A stretch of DNA of 24,371 bases from Acholeplasma sp. (lineage in GTDB: Bacteria; Bacillota_I; Bacilli_A; Acholeplasmatales; UBA5453), in the NCBI GenBank assembly GCA_036677365.1, contig JAVBWN010000005.1, positions 1-24,371 on the forward strand, read 5' to 3'. The notes below the pieces were generated by a model, which searched no databases, was not told where the DNA came from, and saw only the letters and a program-made list of their open reading frames with translations. Positions 18,924-24,371 of the stretch are shown in pieces. The stretch's first letter is position 1. Each line of letters starts with the position of its first letter. The position numbers were made by a program, and so were the translations under genes.

Positions 18924-19418
18924 TTGAAAAATACAAATCAATTAGATATCAAAATTCTATGCACAAAAGAAGAATTATTGGAACATATTCGGGTATATCG
19001 TCATAAGGACGAATATATTAGAGTAGGAAGACATGATGATTATGATGTTTGCTTAGAATTGACTTGGCAACAGCACAGTAAACCATTTGTTGAATATTTA
19101 TATTTAGCTAATGTCATAGATAACCAGCTAATAGGTAAAATAGAAAAACCACAGAAAAAAATGATCGAGAAAGGCAAAGACAAGTTACCGTTTTTAGTCA
19201 AATTGCAGATTGTTGGAATGCTCCTTCTTGGGTTATTAATTCTCTATGGATTACCTTTTCTTATCATTTATAGTTTGAGTGATAGACTATTCCTATCATT
19301 GGGTTTAGGAGTAATACCCTTGATTGGGTTCATTATTTTTATAGTTGTTTCTGACGAAGATCATATTTCAGTACATAAAAGAAATATTATTCAAGTTATA
19401 ACAGAATTAGGAAATTAA
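18924..19418 (+). CDS. Hypothetical membrane protein (C-terminal 2 TM)
   Basis: 164-aa ORF with TTG start after AAGGGGGA. Confidence 0.7.
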   Translation: MKNTNQLDIKILCTKEELLEHIRVYRHKDEYIRVGRHDDYDVCLELTWQQHSKPFVEYLYLANVIDNQLIGKIEKPQKKMIEKGKDKLPFLVKLQIVGMLLLGLLILYGLPFLIIYSLSDRLFLSLGLGVIPLIGFIIFIVVSDEDHISVHKRNIIQVITELGN

Positions 19419-19462
19419 TAAATGAATGTTTACTTTGGTAGTATCCTATAAGGTAGGTATAA

Positions 19463-19942
19463 ATGAAAAAGATCAATTGTTATTCCAAATATACATACAA
19501 TGTTTATTTAGCAATTAGTTTGATGCTATCGATACTAGCTGCACTACCTGTAATTTTGTTCAAAGAGGATTCACAATCGATAAAATTAGTATGGTCAAGC
19601 AGTATGTTGTTATTTTCTTTTGTAATGATTTATGCATACTTTTATCATAAACAAATACTCATATACACAAACAACAAGTTAGTCTTAAGAAATCCTTTTG
19701 GTGTTATGCAAACCTTAGATTCAAAGAACTGTATTGTTGAAATTATGTCATTACCAACAGAATTTAGCTGGGTAGGAGTATCAAATAAAAAGTGGATTTG
19801 TATTTATGATAGTACTAGCCATATTGAAAAATTTAAAACTGGTGTTTCAAACAGTAAAAAGCATTCCAGAATACAGGTCATCTACAATGAAGTGAATGAA
19901 AGTATTATCAAGAAACTTTTGGATAGAGTTAATTGTAACTAG
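19463..19942 (+). CDS. Hypothetical membrane protein (2 TM plus small beta-rich domain)
   Basis: 159-aa ORF with AAGGTAGGT RBS. Confidence 0.7.
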   Translation: MKKINCYSKYTYNVYLAISLMLSILAALPVILFKEDSQSIKLVWSSSMLLFSFVMIYAYFYHKQILIYTNNKLVLRNPFGVMQTLDSKNCIVEIMSLPTEFSWVGVSNKKWICIYDSTSHIEKFKTGVSNSKKHSRIQVIYNEVNESIIKKLLDRVNCN

Positions 19943-19946
19943 TATA

Positions 19947-20020
19947 TAAAAACCACATTATTAAGCCATTTTTATAGGGGTGCTAAAAATCTACACGATT
20001 TGGGCTTAGGGTGCTAAAAT
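19947..20020 (+). repeat. ~75-nt intergenic repeat, copy A, with two GGGTGCTAAAA boxes
   Basis: TAAAAACCACATTATTAAGCCATTTTTATAGGGGTGCTAAAAATCTACACGATTTGGGCTTAGGGTGCTAAAAT, which aligns with 21177-21252. Confidence 0.9.
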
Positions 20021-20039
20021 CAACTTTTGAGGTGATTAA

Positions 20040-20462
20040 ATGAACATAATTAATAATGATAATCAAGAATTCGAAGCGTTATATAATTTCATATTATCTT
20101 GTGGATTTAGAAAAGAGAATATAACTATTTCAGAAAATTCAGAATCATTCAGAAGTTTGATAATGGATTGTCATAGTCAGTTAACGCTTATCATGTATTA
20201 TGATAGAGAGTGGACGATAGATTATTATTCAGGTAAGTTTACAACCCATAATCATGTTTTTAGTTGGAGTGATGATTTTATCCAGAATCTGTTTAACGGT
20301 GACATTTATTTATTAGTTAATAGCAGGTTCTTACATCGCGTTTCTGCATTCTCAGATATCGAATATATTCATAAATCAATACTAAGTAAAGTATTAAACA
20401 AGTATAAGAATAAGAAGAAGTATAAACTTTTTTCAACCAAAGAGATTCTAATTAATAACTGA
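20040..20462 (+). CDS. Hypothetical protein
   Basis: 140-aa ORF with GAGGTGA RBS. Confidence 0.7.
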   Translation: MNIINNDNQEFEALYNFILSCGFRKENITISENSESFRSLIMDCHSQLTLIMYYDREWTIDYYSGKFTTHNHVFSWSDDFIQNLFNGDIYLLVNSRFLHRVSAFSDIEYIHKSILSKVLNKYKNKKKYKLFSTKEILINN

Positions 20463-20556
20463 GATGAACTGTATTGGCAAATATTAACATTCAATTTGGA
20501 CTGATCCCGTTGTTAAGCCGTTTATATATTGCCGAGAAAAAATAGAGGAGGATTTT

Positions 20557-21141
20557 ATGGAATTTACGAATCAGATTGATAAACAAAAAGCCTTAATAAT
20601 TGCGAGAGAAAGTATTGTTTATGGTTATGGTTTTAGAAAAAAACAAGCTAAGAAAGCATTTGGAATAATGTTCTTAATAGGAACATTTGGTCTGGCTTGG
20701 GTGTTAGCATTTAAAGATTTATTCAATCAATTTTCAAACCCACTACTTTTTTTGTTTATATTTGGAATACTATTATCTGGCTTGTTATTTTTTAAAGCTG
20801 AACAATTACAAATTTACGCATTGCAAGAACAAACGAAAAGACTTTATAAAGAAAAATCTGTAATAAAATATGGCGTAATTATTGATAGCGAGCAATTAGC
20901 ATTTATGAAAAAAGATGGTACACAGAAGTCATACAAACTAGAATCTATAAAACACTTGATTTATAGATCAGATTTAGAAGGATTGTTTTTCTCGGAGAGC
21001 AAATTAGCTAGATTTGTATTTTTCGTAGATTTGTCAATTTTAGATGAATCATTACGACTAGAATTCTTTAATATTCTTTTGAAAAATCTGCAAGATGTTG
21101 ATGCCAAAAAAGAACTAAGAGAATCAATTTCTAAAGAATAA
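20557..21141 (+). CDS. Hypothetical membrane protein (2 TM plus soluble domain, YcxB-like architecture)
   Basis: 194-aa ORF with GAGGAGG RBS. The family assignment rests on architecture only. Confidence 0.7.
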   Translation: MEFTNQIDKQKALIIARESIVYGYGFRKKQAKKAFGIMFLIGTFGLAWVLAFKDLFNQFSNPLLFLFIFGILLSGLLFFKAEQLQIYALQEQTKRLYKEKSVIKYGVIIDSEQLAFMKKDGTQKSYKLESIKHLIYRSDLEGLFFSESKLARFVFFVDLSILDESLRLEFFNILLKNLQDVDAKKELRESISKE

Positions 21142-21176
21142 CTATGGAATGTACAGGGAAAACCAAAAATTATAAT

Positions 21177-21252
21177 TAAAAAACCACTTTGTTAAGCCAT
21201 CATTTAGGGGTGCTAAAAATATTACACGATTTGAAGGTAGGGGTGCTAAAAT
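21177..21252 (+). repeat. ~75-nt intergenic repeat, copy B, with two GGGTGCTAAAA boxes
   Basis: TAAAAAACCACTTTGTTAAGCCATCATTTAGGGGTGCTAAAAATATTACACGATTTGAAGGTAGGGGTGCTAAAAT. A single-box partial copy lies at 17365-17389. Confidence 0.9.
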
Positions 21253-21279
21253 TGTATTAAACCCCGATACCTTAGACAG

Positions 21280-21303
21280 TGGAGAAATGAGGATTTGAAC
21301 CCT
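21280..21303 (-). other. tRNA/tmRNA-like 3'-end fragment (att-core-like), different from tRNA-Thr
   Basis: The reverse complement reads AGGG-TTCAAAT-CCTCA-TTTCTCC-A: T-loop, 3' T-stem strand, 7-nt acceptor strand and discriminator in correct register. No 5' half is present. Confidence 0.6.
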
Positions 21304-21339
21304 GAATTATTTACTAATTGAAATTATCGCTTTGTAATG

Positions 21340-21577
21340 CGATAAATATATGAAAGTATATGTATAAACTTCGAGTCCTATTTTCGGCACCACTTTTTGA
21401 ATAATTAGTTTTTAGAGAAAGATCATTGAAGTTCAACGGTCTTTTTTTTTATGGTGAAGAAGAAGGGTTACTTTTTGATGCGATAATAAGATATGTAAAC
21501 ATTGAATTTCTAGAGTCGAATGAGGAGATTTGAGTTGTGATGCCACCCATGAACTTCTAAGAGTTGTATCTATAAAA
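21340..21577 (+). repeat. att-like repeat copy 2 (30-nt upstream arm, tRNA-Thr 3' core at 21370-21392, terminator, downstream arm)
   Basis: Core TTCGAGTCCTATTTTCGGCACCA is 22/23 identical to the tRNA. The downstream ~190 nt is similar to 13924-14105, and the upstream 30 nt is 24/30 identical to 23101-23130. Confidence 0.9.
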
Positions 21578-21715
21578 ATATAGTAACTATTATATTGATG
21601 AAAGCGACAAGAGAAAAATATAGAAACTAAAAGGATCTCAATTTTCCTAGACTCTTTAATGGCTTATATAGCCATGGAACCATATATTTTGAAACAAAAC
21701 AAAAAACAAACGATT

Positions 21716-21772
21716 CAAAATGAAACGATAATATAATGTATTGTTGCAAAATGAAACGTAAAGTGCTATGAT
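21716..21772 (+). promoter_or_regulatory. Promoter with overlapping 12-bp direct repeats
   Basis: TTGCAA (21744-21749), 17-nt spacer, TG-extended TATGAT (21767-21772). CAAAATGAAACG occurs at 21716-21727 and 21747-21758. Confidence 0.7.
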
Positions 21773-21792
21773 AGTATCAGAGGTGAACAAGC

Positions 21793-23064
21793 ATGAAATT
21801 TAGTGAATCGAAAACAGTCGAAATAAAAGAGAAGTATACAAAATCAGTACTAAAGACAGTTTCAGCATTTAGCAATTATCATGATGGTACGATTTATATC
21901 GGGATTAATGATCAAGGTGATATTGTTGGATTTTCTAGGGTAGATGAAGAGAAAATTTCAATTGAGAATTCAATTAATACGACAATTACACCAAAACCTT
22001 TCTTTGATATGAATATTTTAGAAATTGATAACAAGAAGATATTAGAAATTGTTGTTTCTAAAGGGGACAATGGGCCTTATTATTATCAAAACACAGCTTA
22101 TATGAGAAATGATACCTCAACCATACCTGTTGACGGTACTAATTTAACTAGACTCATTTTAAACAGTAAAAATCTAACATACGATCAGTTGAACGCTAGT
22201 CAAACAGAATTGAGTTTTAACTATTTAAAAGAAAAACTAAGCTTAGTTCTTAATATTAAAGATACCAATAAAGCTGTTCTAACGACACTTGGTTTATATA
22301 GTGGTAAAAATTACAATAATGGAGCGCTACTACTTTCTGATGATGGAAACCTGAGTCAATCATTTGTTGACATTGCAAGATTCAAATTGGACATTCATCA
22401 TTTTATGGATAGAAAACGATTTGAGCATCAATCATTATTACATTATTTTGATCAAACAATGGATTATTTTCAGGCACATTATCCACCATACCAAGCGATT
22501 GAAGGCATCCAAAGAACAACAAAGGAACAGGTTCCTCTTATTGCATTTCGAGAAGCTTTATCAAACGCTATCATTCATAGAGACTATTTGTTGAGTTCAG
22601 GTGTCCAAATATCTATGTTTGAAAATCGAATTGAGATTGTTTCACCTGGTGGTCTTCCTGAGGGCATGGATGAAGATCAATATTATAGAGGATTAACTTC
22701 GTTATCTAGAAATCCAATCATTGCTAATGTATTCTTTAGACTTAATTTAATTGAGCAATTTGGTACAGGTATTAAAAGAATTATCGATAGTTACAAACAC
22801 TATAAGATAAAACCATCTTTTGATATTCAAAAATCTCTGATCAGAATAATTTTACCAGTATCAAATTTTGATTATTCTAAACTAGAGAAAAAAGAAGCTA
22901 TTGTTTCATATCTACACGCTTATCCAAAATCATCAAGAAAAAGTATTGAAGATGCAATTTCTATTGAAAAAAGTACACTAATAAGAAGATTGAATGAACT
23001 TGATGAGCTTGGAATTATCTCAAAGATTGGAAATGGTCCAAGTACTATATATTTTTGTAGATGA
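21793..23064 (+). CDS. Schlafen/AlbA_2-domain protein with HATPase_c_4 (RecG-C-like) domain and C-terminal HTH
   Basis: ESKTVEIKE...KTVSAFSNYHDGTIYIGIND, REALSNAIIHRDY, RIEIVSPGGLP, RNPIIANVF..LNLIEQFGTGI and a terminal wHTH (STLIRRLNELDELGII..IGNG). Confidence 0.9.
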   Translation: MKFSESKTVEIKEKYTKSVLKTVSAFSNYHDGTIYIGINDQGDIVGFSRVDEEKISIENSINTTITPKPFFDMNILEIDNKKILEIVVSKGDNGPYYYQNTAYMRNDTSTIPVDGTNLTRLILNSKNLTYDQLNASQTELSFNYLKEKLSLVLNIKDTNKAVLTTLGLYSGKNYNNGALLLSDDGNLSQSFVDIARFKLDIHHFMDRKRFEHQSLLHYFDQTMDYFQAHYPPYQAIEGIQRTTKEQVPLIAFREALSNAIIHRDYLLSSGVQISMFENRIEIVSPGGLPEGMDEDQYYRGLTSLSRNPIIANVFFRLNLIEQFGTGIKRIIDSYKHYKIKPSFDIQKSLIRIILPVSNFDYSKLEKKEAIVSYLHAYPKSSRKSIEDAISIEKSTLIRRLNELDELGIISKIGNGPSTIYFCR

Positions 23065-23100
23065 TGCATTTATTTGTGTGAAAAATATAACACTATAAAA

Positions 23101-23210
23101 CGATAAATTGTTAAAAATATATGTATAAAATTCGGATCATCTTTTCGGCACCACTTTTTGAATAATGAGTAATTAGTGAAAGATCATTGAAGTTCAATGG
23201 TCTTTTGTTT
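23101..23210 (+). repeat. att-like repeat copy 3 (upstream arm, degenerate tRNA core at 23131-23153, terminator)
   Basis: TTCGGATCATCTTTTCGGCACCA (19/23 to the tRNA), then CTTTTTGAATAAT...AAAGATCATTGAAGTTCAATGGTCTTTT. Confidence 0.88.
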
Positions 23211-23432
23211 CGATTTATTTAGAAGAATAAAATACAAACCGATAAGGTGAACGAATCATTTAATTTCACTGATGTTGCTTTATCAGAATTAGATAGGCAT
23301 GGCGTAAAAACATCAGTTCATAATAACGGAAGTATAGAAAACCCAAAGTCCTAGTATAAAAATTATTGACAAAATATAGTGTTTCGGCTGAAATGGAGTT
23401 GTAATCCAATAAATACGAAGGAGTGTGATTTT

Positions 23433-24106
23433 ATGTATTATATTAGACATATCGAAAAGAAAATCCTCGAAGCCAAAGAAATGTTTAAGGTATTGTTAAT
23501 TACTGGACCACGACAAGTTGGAAAAACGACAACACTCAAACACCTATTTAAAGAAACATATCGTTATGTGACCTTAGATGATATTACAGAACTTGCCATT
23601 GCCAAAGAAGACCCCAAATTGTTTTTTATGAACCATCCACTACCTTTAGTCATTGATGAAGTACAGTTAGCGCCAAACCTCTTTACTGAAATTAAAAGAA
23701 TAGTCGACAATTCTGGTACTTATGGACAAATTATCTTGATAGGATCACAAACATTTCACTTGATGGAACATGTTACAGAAACCTTAACTGGTAGAATTGG
23801 AATACTTGAATTTCAGGGACTATCAACAAGAGAAATCAACAAAGATCTCTTTGATTTACCGTTTATTCCGACCAAGCATTTTTTAGATACTGTTCGTCAT
23901 TCAAGTTCGGATGATTTGTGGGCAGTTATCCATAAAGGTAGTATGCCGGAATTATATAATAAACCAGAAATTGATTGGCAGTTGTATTATGCCTCTTATG
24001 TAAGAACGTATATTGAACGGGATGTCAGAAGTTTGGTTAATGTCAAAATTCTGGATATATTTGCTAAATTCATCACAAGTATTGCTGCGAGGACAGGTAG
24101 TTTAAC
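23433..24106 (+). pseudogene. AAA+ ATPase (AAA_14/DUF4143-type), interrupted by IS insertion
   Basis: Walker A ITGPRQVGKTT, Walker B VIDEVQ, IGSQ, ETLTGR, KGSMPE and YVRTYIERDV. Homology stops at AARTGSL, after which the frame runs into the IS left end and stops at 24149. ATG 23433 follows AAGGAG. Confidence 0.88.
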
Positions 24107-24371
24107 AACACAATCAAGAAGTCCCCTTCCTCTTCAGGTAGCGGGATGAATTGATTCGTAAAATTCTTTCACATTTATTTCACAAAACCCATAAATAATG
24201 TTATAATATAGTTGAATAATCTCTATACATAAACACTATGAAAGGGTGAACCGGATGACCAAAGCTTTTAAGTTTCGAATCTATCCAAATGAATCTCAAA
24301 AGACTTTGATTCATATGACTCTAGGCCATAATCGCTTTCTCTGGAATAAGATGTTAGAAGATAAACAGAAA
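24107..24371 (+). mobile_element. IS200/IS605-family (IS1341-type, tnpB-only) element, left part
   Basis: After TTTAAC comes AACACAATCAAGAAGTCCCCTTCCTCTTCAGGTAGCGGGATGAATTGATT, a left-end hairpin similar to the right-end hairpin at 427-457. Promoter TTCACA-17-TATAAT at 24179-24207, then tnpB with no room for tnpA. The junction is uncertain by a few nt. Confidence 0.85.
24255..24371 (+). CDS. tnpB: TnpB N-terminus (HTH_OrfB_IS605 region), 3'-truncated by window edge; absent from the ORF track
   Basis: MTKAFKFRIYPNESQKTLIHMTLGHNRFLWNKMLEDKQK matches the KA(Y/F)KFRIYP...G..RF.WN pattern. AAGGGTGA RBS. Confidence 0.92.
   Translation, partial: MTKAFKFRIYPNESQKTLIHMTLGHNRFLWNKMLEDKQK

Larger units (their letters stand above)
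13924..21392. mobile_element. tRNA-Thr-anchored island, module 1 (no integrase encoded)
   Basis: Bounded by the tRNA and a 22/23-identical copy of its 3' end at 21370-21392. Visibly more AT-rich than the upstream genes, with orphan cargo. Confidence 0.8.

Noticed and set aside
21370-21392. Second or third complete tRNA-Thr gene (also 23131-23153)
   Set aside because: Only the T-loop and acceptor 3' strand are present. There is no D arm or anticodon arm upstream.
13901-23210. CRISPR array interpretation of the repeats
   Set aside because: The copies are kilobases apart, derive from the tRNA and have no regular spacers or cas genes.
13924-24106. Prophage, ICE or classical integron call for the island
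   Set aside because: No integrase, structural, conjugation or replication genes are visible, and no repeated canonical attC (RYYYAAC...GTTRRRY) hairpins were seen between the ORFs.
24107-24149. C-terminal residues TQSRSPLPLQVAG of the ATPase ORF
   Set aside because: They are read-through into the IS left end, not native protein sequence.

Overview
Low-GC bacterial DNA using genetic code 11 (TGA is a stop). Gene content suggests an Acholeplasmatales-type mollicute or related Bacillota (inference). The window is bounded by two partial IS200/IS605-family tnpB elements: a 3' end with the right end/omegaRNA region at 1-463, and a left end plus tnpB 5' end from ~24107 that interrupts an AAA ATPase gene. 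Positions 0.5-13.8 kb are ordinary chromosome: ABC1/UbiB-type kinase coupled to a CrtI-family desaturase, small membrane proteins, a DAG-kinase-family enzyme, an RND permease with TetR and a palindromic operator, adhE and a GNAT-like protein. A tRNA-Thr(CGT) at 13848-13923 anchors an AT-rich accessory region. The most interesting signal is that the tRNA 3' end is repeated at 21370 and 23131 together with homologous flanking arms, dividing the region into tandem, integrase-less modules. Module 1 holds an RNase III pseudogene, a ~100-nt hairpin and ten co-oriented orphan ORFs punctuated by a second repeat family (paired GGGTGCTAAAA boxes), ending in an inverted fragment of a different tRNA/tmRNA 3' end. 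Module 2 holds a Schlafen/AlbA_2 protein and module 3 an AAA_14/DUF4143-type ATPase. This looks like a tRNA-anchored, cassette-accumulating array; the mechanism is inferred, not shown.
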